From positions 192,001-256,000 of the forward strand of contig CAVZIW010000006.1 of NCBI GenBank assembly GCA_963775465.1: a DNA stretch of 64,000 nt. Reading direction: 5' to 3'. Position 1 is the first letter of the stretch; each line of letters opens with the position of its first letter. A program made the position numbers and the translations under genes. This DNA comes from Candidatus Bathyarchaeota archaeon (GTDB lineage: Archaea; Thermoproteota; Bathyarchaeia; Bathyarchaeales; Bathycorpusculaceae). Shown one piece after another: positions 1 to 10,493 of the stretch. The notes below the pieces were generated by a model that was not told the origin of the DNA, searched no databases, and was given only the letters and a program-made list of their open reading frames with translations.

Positions 1-187
1 TTTTGAGACTGGGCTGCATATTCGCTGCTTCAGCTACAACAATTTTGAATCTACCCACATCGTTGCCTGCTCTTTTGAGGATTGCAAAGTATTCTCCAGC
101 TTCGCTGAATCGATGCGCCACAGAAGTTAAAACGGTCAATAAGCCGCTGTCCACGTTAATTTGAGATAGAATATGTCGATTAATCAT
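1..187 (-). CDS. Hypothetical protein, N-terminal part only (runs off window); second gene of left-edge operon
   Basis: Read by hand: ATG at 187 preceded by GAGGTGA RBS overlapping the stop of the 619-aa gene; frame open to window edge (MINRHILSQINVDSGLLTVLTSVAHRFSEAGEYFAILKRAGNDVGRFKIVV...). Confidence 0.75.
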   Translation of the reverse strand, partial: MINRHILSQINVDSGLLTVLTSVAHRFSEAGEYFAILKRAGNDVGRFKIVVAEAANMQPSLK

Positions 188-198
188 TTCATTCACCT

Positions 199-2058
199 CT
201 AATTACCTAAATCTCCTTCAATTATCATTTCATCGCCGGTGATTCGCACACCTATGAATTCTATTGGAAGCTTCACGGGGATTAAGCTGCCATCAGCGGG
301 CAAAATCGGAAGCGGGTCCTCTATTTCGAGGGGCGGCACTATACTTGTGAGGAAGCCATTGAGTGCGGCGAGCAAACCGTTAAACAGACCCAAATCTGTT
401 AGGGCGTCAAGAAGCCATTCGCCTACATCGTCGGGGATGTCTAGCGCTGTACGGATGAAATCTTCGATAGGTCCGAAGAGGAATTTAAAGACATCTCTTG
501 CCCAATCCGGCAAAGGAGCCAATAGCAAGTCGATGGCTGCGTTAACCGCGTTCGTCACCAAGTCAGCTACGGTGTCTGCGATGTCAATAATATCTAAGTC
601 AAAGGGCAACGTGGGTACGATCACGATTTGCCACCGATTCGGTAACCCGGGACTGGTTCCATAGAAAACTTGAATTCCAGCAGTAAAACTGATTTCTGAA
701 GTTATTAATCCGCTTAAGTTGATAGGAAGGCAAAAGTCTGGGCTTGCACTAAAGAAGCAGAAAGAGGGTACATCAAGAAGGCAACCGTCAAACGGTATGG
801 GAATGATGCAGCCTCCTGGAGTGCAGACTTCAGGGATGTCGACGCATAGGTTCAGGCTAAGAGTATCCCATTTCACATCTAACTCTGAGACGTGAATGGT
901 TCCGTTACTCCTCAAATCCACTGAGCCGCCCTGGAGATGTGCACCCGCAGCATAGTTCGCCGAAAAAGGTCCAAAACTGCCGCTATCGGCGCACAAAACC
1001 TTGAAGCCTTTCACTACGGCCGCAAAGATTTTTTCGAACGCTTTCTGCGAGATTGCAGCAGTCAAGTCAAAGGTTCCGCTTCGGGTTCGCGGGCGTGTCG
1101 TCCGAGTTATGGTTGGTCCTCCTCCGCCTCCAGAGGGCAGTTTGCAGTCAACCGGAGTAATGTTTATGTTAAGGTTTATTTGGTCAAGGTCAATGAAGGC
1201 TTTAAGCTGGTTTTGCTCAATCGCAGGGTTGTTGGGTACAGCAGTGGAGCCTGAAATCTGCAAACTCCCCATACTCTGCGGTAAATTGAATACTCCAAAC
1301 GCCAAGTTCGAAACAGACGAAGCCAAAGGCGGAATAATGCCCTGATTTAACGCGAGCATAGCGTAGCATTCTATGGCGTTTTCTAGTCCCTCCGGTTTAA
1401 GGTCCACGATTTCTATGCCGTCAACTGTGGGAAGAATAGTCTGAGAACCGACGGGTCCAGTTATTTTTGCCCCAGCAATTGCGTAGAGGTCTAGACAGAA
1501 ACACTCCAGTTTTGATGTGGGCAAAACCACAACCTCTTTGGTTGGAGGAGGAAAATCGACTTTTATGGGGGGTCTATTGCTGATTGCTGCGTCTGAAATC
1601 GCGGCAGCTCTTTTGTTTGCCAATCTGCTTGCAGTTAAAACTTGGTCTGTAAGTTTTCCTGGAAGGGGCATTCTGCCTTTTGGGCACCCGATGCCTGCGC
1701 AGACTTGGAAGTGGACTGCTAGACGTTGGTTGGGCAATGGGGCTAATTCTGGTGGAAGACTAAATGTGTTTCCTGGGTGGAAGTCTATTTGTCCTTTGGT
1801 TAATTGAACGCAGTAGTTTAAGCCCAAGTTTGTTCCCAATACGGGTAAAGGGTCTAGTACAGTGATGAGGGGGTTACCTGCTTCGATGACTTGGGGTGCG
1901 ACATCGATTTGTCTACAAAGCAATTCGGGGTCACGCAGAACCTGCAAGGTGCCATAGTTGAAAAGTGACGGTCGCTGCATCATTACATGCTTTACGACGC
2001 GGTTTATGCCTGCATCTTGGATTGCAACGTAGAAATCCGAGTTGGCTGTTAATGCCAT
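199..2058 (-). CDS. Hypothetical 619-aa protein, two modules joined by a Gly/Thr/Arg linker
   Basis: Long ORF with GGAGGAGTGA RBS; no signal peptide; PSGGGGGPTITRTTRPRTRSG linker mid-protein. Confidence 0.85.
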   Translation of the reverse strand: MALTANSDFYVAIQDAGINRVVKHVMMQRPSLFNYGTLQVLRDPELLCRQIDVAPQVIEAGNPLITVLDPLPVLGTNLGLNYCVQLTKGQIDFHPGNTFSLPPELAPLPNQRLAVHFQVCAGIGCPKGRMPLPGKLTDQVLTASRLANKRAAAISDAAISNRPPIKVDFPPPTKEVVVLPTSKLECFCLDLYAIAGAKITGPVGSQTILPTVDGIEIVDLKPEGLENAIECYAMLALNQGIIPPLASSVSNLAFGVFNLPQSMGSLQISGSTAVPNNPAIEQNQLKAFIDLDQINLNINITPVDCKLPSGGGGGPTITRTTRPRTRSGTFDLTAAISQKAFEKIFAAVVKGFKVLCADSGSFGPFSANYAAGAHLQGGSVDLRSNGTIHVSELDVKWDTLSLNLCVDIPEVCTPGGCIIPIPFDGCLLDVPSFCFFSASPDFCLPINLSGLITSEISFTAGIQVFYGTSPGLPNRWQIVIVPTLPFDLDIIDIADTVADLVTNAVNAAIDLLLAPLPDWARDVFKFLFGPIEDFIRTALDIPDDVGEWLLDALTDLGLFNGLLAALNGFLTSIVPPLEIEDPLPILPADGSLIPVKLPIEFIGVRITGDEMIIEGDLGN

Positions 2059-2500
2059 AGCTTAGTCACTCCTCCAAAAGTTTAGGTCGTCATTGTAAGA
2101 GATTGATGGTTTTTCACAAATTAAGAATTTGATAAACACATTATGGTCTCCTTAAACTCGCTAAAAATAACTGAATATAGTATAGTGTTACTTAATATTA
2201 ACTTATCTTAAAACAAACCCCGAGGAAACTACGTTTTCTTAACGGACAATAGGTATAGTTGGCATTAATCGATCAAAACGGGCATAATATGGAATCACCC
2301 CCAAACTGAGAATATCTAAGATATTAACATGAAGAAAACATTTGCAGCTCTAGCCTTATTTTTAGCATTTTTTATCGCAGGAACTGGATTTTTCTCTATT
2401 AATTTAGCTCAACGCGCTTCTTTATTAAACGAGTCTCTTGATTTCAAATATGAGGCTATCTTTAGAACCAATTTCACACGCATGTTTTACTATTTTCTTG

Positions 2501-3091
2501 CTAAATGGTTTGTTTCCACTCGTCTAAGACCACCGAACCTGCCATGAGGGTAACAACACATACTGAACCCGTCAGATTAACCTGGGAAGCCCCCAGCACA
2601 GTGTAAAAATTCACGCCAAATGACTGGCTCATTCCTGCATCTATTCTGTCGATGCGAATGTTATCTTCTCGTCCAACATCAATCCGAGTTATTGAGTTCT
2701 TATCATACAATTTAGCCCACAAGGTCAGACCACATAATGGGATAACATCATTATTCTGAACAGTAACATTGACAGGGTTGGCGAGGGTTAATCCGCCTAT
2801 TGGATTGAAACCTCCAACAAAGCTGACTGCTGTTATCTTCACAAGCAGAGGGCGTGCTAAGGAGAGTTGATAAGTATAGTCTCTTAAACGGTCTTGTTGT
2901 TCCTTATTCTGATTTTGTTTATCTATTATTTGGCTCTGTAAGGAAGTATTGTTTAGTTGCAATTCACCGTTTTGAGTCCTCAGATAATCAGTCTGACTCT
3001 GCAAATCACTGAATTGACTGTAGACAAGCCAGGAAGCGCTGGATAGAAGAATAATTGTCATAAAAACAATGGCTAATAGTCGTATCTTCAT
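2501..3091 (-). CDS. Membrane-anchored protein: N-terminal TM, coiled coil, C-terminal Ig-like beta domain
   Basis: Hydrophobic N-terminus, Gln-rich heptads, VNVTVQNND beta-strand motif; ATGA overlap with upstream gene. Confidence 0.8.
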   Translation of the reverse strand: MKIRLLAIVFMTIILLSSASWLVYSQFSDLQSQTDYLRTQNGELQLNNTSLQSQIIDKQNQNKEQQDRLRDYTYQLSLARPLLVKITAVSFVGGFNPIGGLTLANPVNVTVQNNDVIPLCGLTLWAKLYDKNSITRIDVGREDNIRIDRIDAGMSQSFGVNFYTVLGASQVNLTGSVCVVTLMAGSVVLDEWKQTI

Positions 3092-4359
3092 GAAGCCGCC
3101 CCTCCACGTTTCTTGAGGTACATCAACAAACCAACAGCCATTATAACCACCAATACAACAAAAACAGAAGCCATTACGGTGACAGTTGGGAAAACTTTTA
3201 CGTTAAAATAAATCGTGCTTGGAGCACTAACAATTCCATATTCATCTACGGCAAAAATAGTGACATTATGCTCTCCACTGGACAAGTTATTCAAAATGAG
3301 CGATGCATTTACGTTGGCGGTCACATTTTTGCCATTATCTAAAGAGTACAGAATTTCTGAGACAGGTTTGTTTGCGGCAAAATCCAGCACCACCTTAACA
3401 GCATCATAGGTCTTGTTTTGAGCATTTGCAAATGATACCGTTGGAATAATGCTGTCTACCGTAAAATTAACCGATGAAGAGCTGCCAATGTCATAAACAT
3501 AAAAAGTGTTTTCAGACACAAAACTTCCTGTCCCAGAAGCAAAAACTGTTATGGTGTGATTTCCATCGGGCATTCCAGTCAAAGTATAATTAAACAGATT
3601 GGATGAAGAGGTATTGTTCAAGTGATATTCAGATGTATTGTTTTTATGCCAAGCGACTTTATACCAAACGTCAGTAAGGACAGATACATCTTTTGAGTTG
3701 GTAGCTTTGAAAGATAAAGAAACATTGTTGGAAGTAACGACTACGCTGTTTGGAGAGTAAATTGTTATCTTAGGCGGTATAGCGTCTTCTGGTGGAGATA
3801 CAGAACCACCCCAAACATACTGGTCAGTGTTTACGTAGAATAATATCTTTGAAGAATTACCCATAACCGTATTGTATGTATAGTCGTAGTCAGGACTGGC
3901 AGTCCAATAATTGTATTGACCTTCTGCACTGACAGATATTGTATGTAAACCTTGAGAAAGCCCTTTCAACGGTAATTTATAGCTAAAAGATGCAGGAATT
4001 GGTTTTACGGATAATCCTGTATAGTTGTCGTTTGCAGGAAATGTAACAGCTGGTTTTCCATCTATGCTGTATCGAATATAGTTTACTTTGCCTTGGCAAT
4101 CATAGTTGTAGACAATTGCTCCTGAAGTAAACCATGATGCTGGTTTGACTATTGTTAACTCCAACTCAAAGTCTGGACTGTAAACGTGGTTTTTGACTGG
4201 ATTTATGACTCTTATTGAGAGTGGAGTGTAGTCTGGACCGGGATTCATAACTGGCCCCATTTGAGCAAAAGCACTGTTCAAAAACAACATCTGAGCAATA
4301 ACAGATAGAATGAGTACCCAGAAGAAGGTTGTCGTTACAGCTTTTCTACTCATGCACAT
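3088..4359 (-). CDS. Cell-surface protein with tandem Ig-like repeats and C-terminal TM anchor
   Basis: Signal peptide; repeated YSIDG/YSLDNG and L..G.H.I.V.A motifs; FPT + TM + KKR tail. Confidence 0.85.
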   Translation of the reverse strand: MCMSRKAVTTTFFWVLILSVIAQMLFLNSAFAQMGPVMNPGPDYTPLSIRVINPVKNHVYSPDFELELTIVKPASWFTSGAIVYNYDCQGKVNYIRYSIDGKPAVTFPANDNYTGLSVKPIPASFSYKLPLKGLSQGLHTISVSAEGQYNYWTASPDYDYTYNTVMGNSSKILFYVNTDQYVWGGSVSPPEDAIPPKITIYSPNSVVVTSNNVSLSFKATNSKDVSVLTDVWYKVAWHKNNTSEYHLNNTSSSNLFNYTLTGMPDGNHTITVFASGTGSFVSENTFYVYDIGSSSSVNFTVDSIIPTVSFANAQNKTYDAVKVVLDFAANKPVSEILYSLDNGKNVTANVNASLILNNLSSGEHNVTIFAVDEYGIVSAPSTIYFNVKVFPTVTVMASVFVVLVVIMAVGLLMYLKKRGGAAS

Positions 4360-4637
4360 CTAACTTAGTTTTGAATTAACTTATGATAAAAGACTTCTTG
4401 TCTACGTTTCTGAACAAAACCTGTTTTTCTAAGTCAAGGGTTCTGAACTAAAAAAAAACAAATGTTGTGGGAAACATGCATTTCCACATGCTCAATCAAT
4501 GTTCCGAGTCTGTGAGGTGCCAACTACAGCTCCCTACACTTTCACTCGCCAGTCCCCAGCACACAAAATACTCTTTGCCACTCGATTAATTAGACCCCTC
4601 AATAAAGAAGCCCCTTGAAGTTGAGTTTATTTGTGCA

Positions 4638-4802
4638 ATGATTGCGGCCTTTAAAACATGTGATTCCTGCGGCAAGCATCCTGCAACATTCTGTTGCCAA
4701 AGATGCAAAATTCGGCTATGCTACAAATGCAACCTCAACATGGTAGTTACAGGGCTAAAGCAAGGTGGGGAATGCCCCATGTGCAGAGAAAAACTCCACT
4801 GA
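4638..4802 (+). CDS. Small Cys-rich zinc-finger protein (54 aa, B-box/RING-like spacing)
   Basis: Read by hand: MIAAFKTCDSCGKHPATFCCQRCKIRLCYKCNLNMVVTGLKQGGECPMCREKLH; four CxxC pairs. Confidence 0.7.
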   Translation: MIAAFKTCDSCGKHPATFCCQRCKIRLCYKCNLNMVVTGLKQGGECPMCREKLH

Positions 4803-5189
4803 GCTTATCCAATAGAACAAGAACATAGACGGGTTAGCTGAGGCTCCGTCAATTAAATGGAGAAAAGAGAAAATGATGCGGGAGACATCGCCATTTGGTA
4901 CATTCATTGGTACACTGGTATCGCTGCTCATGGTATTTTTGCCCTAAATAGAAAAAAAGAATTTTTCCTTATTCTTTTGCTTCTTTGAAAAATGCGGTTG
5001 CAAGGACAACTAACACAAAGACGACAAATAGGCTGACAACTTCTTGCGATAAGATTTGACTGCTTTGTTGAAAACAACCAATATATGGAATTTTGATCTG
5101 TGACTGTAGACATACACCTACAAAGCCTAAAATAAACAAAAGTCAACAACATTTCATCGAGTTTTTGTCGAAAAAGAGGTTGATGAACT

Positions 5190-5696
5190 GTGCAAAAAAT
5201 TATTCCGTGTTTATGGTTTGATAAACAAGCTGAGGAAGCTATAGAATTCTATATAACGATTTTTAATTCCGCGCCTAAGAGTCTTAAAAACTCAATGATA
5301 GTAAGTATTCAACGTTACCCAGAAGAACCAACTAACATTCCAGTAAAAGGGATGGAAGGAAAAATTCTTACAGCTATTTTTGAGCTTAACGGGCAGCGTT
5401 TTATGGCACTTGATGGAGGTCCAATATTCAAATTCACTGAGGCGACATCTTTCTATGTGGAGTGTGCGGATCAAGAAGAGGTTGATTATTTTTGGGGAAA
5501 GCTATCCGCGGTTCCGGAGTCTGAGGTGTGTGGTTGGCTGAAAGATAAGTATGGTCTGTCATGGCAGATTATTCCGAAGCGAATGGGCGAACTGTTGGCT
5601 GACAAAGATAAAATTAAAGCAAAAAGAGTCATGGATGCTATGCTTAAGATGAAAAAGATCGTCATCAAAGACCTGGAAAAAGCGTACAAAGGATAG
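5190..5696 (+). CDS. VOC/glyoxalase-fold protein, PhnB / 3-demethylubiquinone-9 3-methyltransferase family
   Basis: MQKIIPCLWFD start, F.ALDGGP.FKF.EA.SF and CGWLKDKYGLSWQI motifs. Confidence 0.9.
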   Translation: MQKIIPCLWFDKQAEEAIEFYITIFNSAPKSLKNSMIVSIQRYPEEPTNIPVKGMEGKILTAIFELNGQRFMALDGGPIFKFTEATSFYVECADQEEVDYFWGKLSAVPESEVCGWLKDKYGLSWQIIPKRMGELLADKDKIKAKRVMDAMLKMKKIVIKDLEKAYKG

Positions 5697-6225
5697 GTTC
5701 AAAAAAATTTCCTTTTTCCTTTATTGAGGAAACAAAAGAACAGAATAATGCAAAAGGGTAGGAATGAAAATAGTGTTAAATTGTATTCCGTTTCTTTTGT
5801 TCGATGGAAATCGTGTTGAAGCAATGACTTTTTATCAAAAGTGTCTTGGAGGGGCTTAACTCTTACTATGCTGTGAGCCCTAGCGCTCACTGAAACACAT
5901 CAATCTCAGTACCGTTATTCTTGCTTTTCCTCTTATTCACCAAAGTTTTCTGCTTCCCTCAAACTTTGGAAGATAGAAAGCGTGTAAGGCAACTTATCGC
6001 GCTATTGAGCTGGTTTTTTGGCTGTCTGACTGCTCGCAAAAATTTTTTAGGCTGTAAATGCCTTGGGCAAAATTTAGATTTGACCCTTAAATACCGCAGT
6101 TGCTAGCTTTATTCAAAAAAATGGTTATGGTAACTGAGTTTGGGTTGTTTTTGATCGTGTTTTTTGGGATTGCTTTTTGGGCAAGAAAAATTTTGCCCAG
6201 CGATTTTAGCTAAACAAAAGCTATT

Positions 6226-9047
6226 TTAGTATTTTTGGGGCGCTTGGGGTGGGCGATTCTTGAAGAAAGCAACAACCGCAAACGCCATAACCAAAACTAT
6301 AACAAAAGCGACTATAACCAGCGTCCACGGAAATGGAGGGTCCAAAGCCAACGGGACCGCTTTTCTGGGTTCGGTGTTTGTTGTTTGATCTTGTGTTTGG
6401 GCTGGCTGGGGGGTTTCAGTGAGGTTTATGGTGCCTGTTGATGTTTGCGTTGCTTCAGATGGCGATAGATCCTCTGATGCTGGTTGAACTGTGTTTATTG
6501 CGTGAACAATTGGGTATCGGTCTAGTAATCTTCGACCACAGGGTAGGGTGTGTCGCCAAAGCCGTCTCCATTTCCGTCTTTGCCTGTGTAGTCGCTCCAG
6601 TAATTTCCTCCCACCGGCGGAGTTTGATACCAGCTGTTGTTAGTTGAAGTGTAGTAGACGTCTATTGGCCAGCGTGAAGGGTCGGAGTGTTGCTCTTCGG
6701 CTTGTTTAGCGTTGGAGATAAAGTTGTTATTGTAGACTTGGTTGTAGCCACCTTCGAAGACGTGGAAGCTAAGTTGGTTGTTTTGAAAGTTGTTGTTTCG
6801 AATTGTGCAGTTATAGCCGTTCATGTTGATTGCGATCTCGCAATCTGTGAAGTTGTTGTATGCAACTGTTACGTATGAGCCCAGCATTATTCCTTTACCG
6901 ATGAAGGTGTTAGAGGCGACGGTTGTGTTTCTGCCAGACCACATGCCTGTGGTTAGGTAGTTTCTAAGTACAGAGACGTTTGAGCCGTTGATGTGGTTTT
7001 CCTGAATTCTTATTCCATTACCAGCGGTCATAAAGTTATCTGAGATTATCGAGTTTGTTGTGTCGACAAGATAGATGCTATAGCTGTTGTATGTTCCGGC
7101 TTTGTCGATGTGGATGCGCATACTGTAATGTAGCTGCAGTTAATCAGCAACACAACACCTGCGTCCGAAGGGACTGCTTTGTTGTGTTGGTTTATCCAGA
7201 AGTATGTTGGTTTGCCATCGACCAGGTTGGAGCTGTCTATGTCCTGTATGGGAGCCATTCCATGAGGCTGTCGGTGAAGTAGTATGCTCCGCTTCTGTTG
7301 TGTTGAGTCGGTTGCCGTACTGTGGCTTGACCGTATTGAAGCTTATTGCGTACATGCAATTATTTTCAATTAGGTTATTCAAAATTTGGTGGTTAGTGCC
7401 TCTCTCAAGCGCTATACCCATGCCGTCGTTGCCGTAGATGTGAGTGTTTGTGATCGTGTTGTTGGTGCCTTCGACCCAGATTGAGAAGCAATAGTATGGG
7501 GCTCCGCCTGATATTGTATTGTTTGTAATGATGCAGTTACTGCTACCCAAATGTTAAGTGTGTCAGTTATGTCCATTGAGCCCATGTGGATGGCTGTTCC
7601 GAAGAATCCGGAGAAAATGGCATTCATGACGGTGACGTTGTCTCTGTTGTTTAGTTCGATATCGCCTCCAGTCATGATTTTGCCGTTTCCAAATAATGTG
7701 TGACCTGCCCCGTTGATTATTATGTTGTCTTTCTGAACCCTTATTGAGCCGCCGATGTCTCCTGTTAGCGTGTAGCGGTTTCCATCACGAGTTATTGGGG
7801 CATTGGGGTTTGAGATGGAGCCGTCTGGGTAGATTGTGATATACTGCTTGCCGCCTCCGCCAGGAGATGATCCACCCGCAACGTTAAGCTGAAAGTATGG
7901 TGATACGCTTTCTGAGTTGATGCAATATAGATTGCCGTCGTCGGATCCTATTAAGACCTGTCCGTCCTTTGTCACGGTGGGTGAACTGTAGACTGAACCG
8001 CCGGTTGTATAACTCCAAAGTTGATACCCACTCGAAGCGTTGACTGCGTAGATATTGTTGTCAGTAGACCCCACATATACCACTCCATCAAGGACTGCGG
8101 GACTTGAAATGATGCAGTTATACGCAGCAAAGCTCCAGATTTTAGCGCCTGACGCGGCATCTAGGGCATATAGGTTGCCATTGTTGGCGCCGATGTATAC
8201 GATGTCGTTGACTACAGCTGGGGAGGACTCGGTAAGAGCACCAGTGTAGAAGCTCCAAATCTTCTCTCCAGTAGAAGCGTTTAAGGCGTACACATTGCGG
8301 TCGTCTGCTCCGAAATAAACTACACTGTTAACTATGGCGGGCGAAGAATAAACCATGTTATTTGGAATTCCCGTTGAGAAATTCCATAGCTTAACACCCG
8401 TAGCTGCGTTTAATTGCATACATCTGCCCCGAGTTAGTGTCAATTGCTCCGACGTAGACTATTCCGTTAACTACAGCTGGGCAAGAGAACGGGTTACAGT
8501 TGACTCTAAAACTCCAAATCGCCGACCCATCCGATGCGCTAAGTGCAATGATAGTGCCGTTGCCGCTGCCAAAGTAAACCACTCCATCCGCAACCGCCGC
8601 CGTAGAGGTATGGTAGCCGTTAATGAAAAACTTGCTCCAGATCTCTGCGCCTGTTGTGCTGTTGAGTGCGTAGAGTTTTCCGTCCTGTGATCCCACAAAA
8701 ACCGCGCCATCTGAGACAACCGGGGAAGCATAGATGTCGCCGCCCATCTTGAAACTCCACAACTTCGCTCCCGTGTCTTCGTCAAGAGCGTAGACGTAAT
8801 TATCGTAGGATGTGATATAGACGATACCGTTAGAGAGGGCTGGAGAGGATTTTATGCTGCCGTCGGTAGAGAAGTTCCATGTAACCTGAATAGGCGTCCA
8901 GTCACCGCTTGCTACTCCAGTGCGGTTGAGGTCGCCGCGAAACATTGACCAATCGGCGCTGGCAGGTGATGCCAACAGTGATAGGATAATAGACAAAACG
9001 CCGATGATGAGCAGAGTCTTGATTACTATACCAGCCATACGTTTCAC
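6226..9047 (-). pseudogene. Frameshifted surface protein: signal peptide + PQQ-type beta-propeller + NosD/right-handed beta-helix + C-terminal TM
   Basis: ORF pieces 8391-9047, 7412-8443, 7140-7550, 7046-7258 and 6522-7121 are consecutive parts of one protein (SSPAV..G.VYVGS.D..YALNA..G..W repeats; GNYWSDYTGKDGNGDGFGDTPY). In-frame TAG at 6522-6524 is followed by DRYP; PFP-TM-KNR tail ends at TAA 6226. Confidence 0.8.
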
Positions 9048-9296
9048 AGCTACATGAAGCCTCAGGCGTTTTTTGATTTAAAGATTTTTGTCAAGGTTTG
9101 TGGACCAAGCTTAGTCCAGAAATATCGACAAAAATTGGTCAGCGCCTTTTTGTCTTAATCAAGTTTTAGCTAGCGGAGAGTTATGAAGCGAAAATGAAAA
9201 AATAGGCTGCTCTCAGAAATATTATATTCAATGTTGATGATTCTGGATAATTGTTAAATAGCAAGCTGGCGCAGATTGTCTGAGAGGGGTTTAGGT

Positions 9297-9514
9297 TTGG
9301 AACGTGATGAGGCATTAGCTTGCTTAGGGAACTGGGAAGTTTAGGGTTAGTTGTTCCTTCGATGGTATCTTTAGAGAAAAACCGCTCTGGCAGATTTAGT
9401 TTGGTTTTTAAGGATCATTGCGATTCACAAGCCATGGAACAATTTGTAGCCAAAAAGCACTTAGCTATAATTATGGATAGTCTAAGTGGATTGTGCAAAA
9501 TCTACAAGCCCTAA
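9297..9514 (+). pseudogene. Small hypothetical protein (paralog of 22442-22654) with a 1-nt frameshift near 9320
   Basis: TTG 9297 gives MERDEALA; continuation LLRELGSLG...KIYKP is in another frame; joined product aligns end to end with the 22.5-kb paralog. Confidence 0.65.
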
Positions 9515-9554
9515 GAGCTTTCGTGTATTTAAGACAAAAGAGAAGTCGGAACCC

Positions 9555-10408
9555 ATGAATAGAACGGCGCTAGCATTAGTACTTATCTTGGACTGCTAAT
9601 TTCAACGTTAGGGGGAACCTCGTTTGTTAAGGCAGCATGTGCAAATTCTGAGGGGTCATTTCCAATTCTTGCCATGCCCATAGAATACGTCAACTATACT
9701 ATTACAGCCATTAATGGGTCCTTGTGGGCGATGGTTGAAGGAGACTACCCAATTTTCATTTCAAACCAGCCTGATTACGGTTTTGTAGAAGAATTGCCTA
9801 TGGTTTACCCGATGCCTCCTAACACAACAAACATCCACGTTTACTTAGCGGATAAGGAGTTAAGCTGGACCAACTACACCCAAACCTACCCCGACAAACT
9901 GCATCACACTGCCCTCGGAGATTGGTGGATGATACACAGCATTCTTGGCAACGTTTCAGGTTTTTTTGAGCTTAAAATCCACTATGAACATCCACTTCAA
10001 ACTGTCAATGGAAACTACATGTTCCTCTATGACTTAAACATCAATCCATATTTGTCACCGCAAAATACCAACTCAACATGCATCTATACGATACATGTCG
10101 ATGCAAACATTACAGGCTTTCAAGCCTACACATCGGAAACGGATGTTAAATGGAATCCTATAGACTATACAACCATAAGAGAAGATACTAAACAGACGGT
10201 CTTCATCCGTGAGTATTCAGAGTACGACAAGCCTTTGTTGGGCGATTTGGTGATTGAATTTTCATCTGGGTCATCTTCAAAAACGCCTCTGTCAAATCAA
10301 GAGACCTTTCATACTGCGACTATTGCTCTTGTTTTAGGAGTCTCAGCAATGGTTTCAGGTGTGGGTCTACTACTCTTCTTAAAGAAAAGCAAACACACAG
10401 TTGCTTAA
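9555..10408 (+). CDS. Secreted/surface protein with C-terminal TM anchor; signal peptide separated by a 1-nt frameshift at about 9590
   Basis: ATG 9555 MNRTALALVLIL, then shift into GLLISTLGGTSFVKAACAN... in frame with ORF 9674-10408; GLLLFLKK tail. Confidence 0.7.
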
Positions 10409-10493
10409 TCAAGAATGCATAACTAAATAGCAATTGGCAGATACTGCAAAAACTATTATTACCAAAATATCAAATTAACTATCGAATGCTAAA

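Noticed and set aside
2329-2547. 72-aa ORF starting with a convincing signal peptide (MKKTFAALALFLAFFIAG)
   Set aside because: Sequence degenerates after about 28 codons and overlaps the 3' end of the opposite-strand gene; at most a gene remnant.
6160-6200. Inverted repeat TGGGCAA...TTGCCCA near the end of the PQQ gene
   Set aside because: Single short hairpin, likely a terminator; no transposase or target-site duplication to support a mobile element.
6522-6524. In-frame TAG before DRYP as possible pyrrolysine/readthrough codon
   Set aside because: It lies in a gene with many frameshifts, no pyl genes are in the window, and TAG is used as a normal stop elsewhere.
7950-8900. Repeated DNA/peptide units as possible DGR or CRISPR-like repeats
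   Set aside because: Explained by PQQ beta-propeller blades; no reverse transcriptase and no adenine-specific template/variable pair seen.
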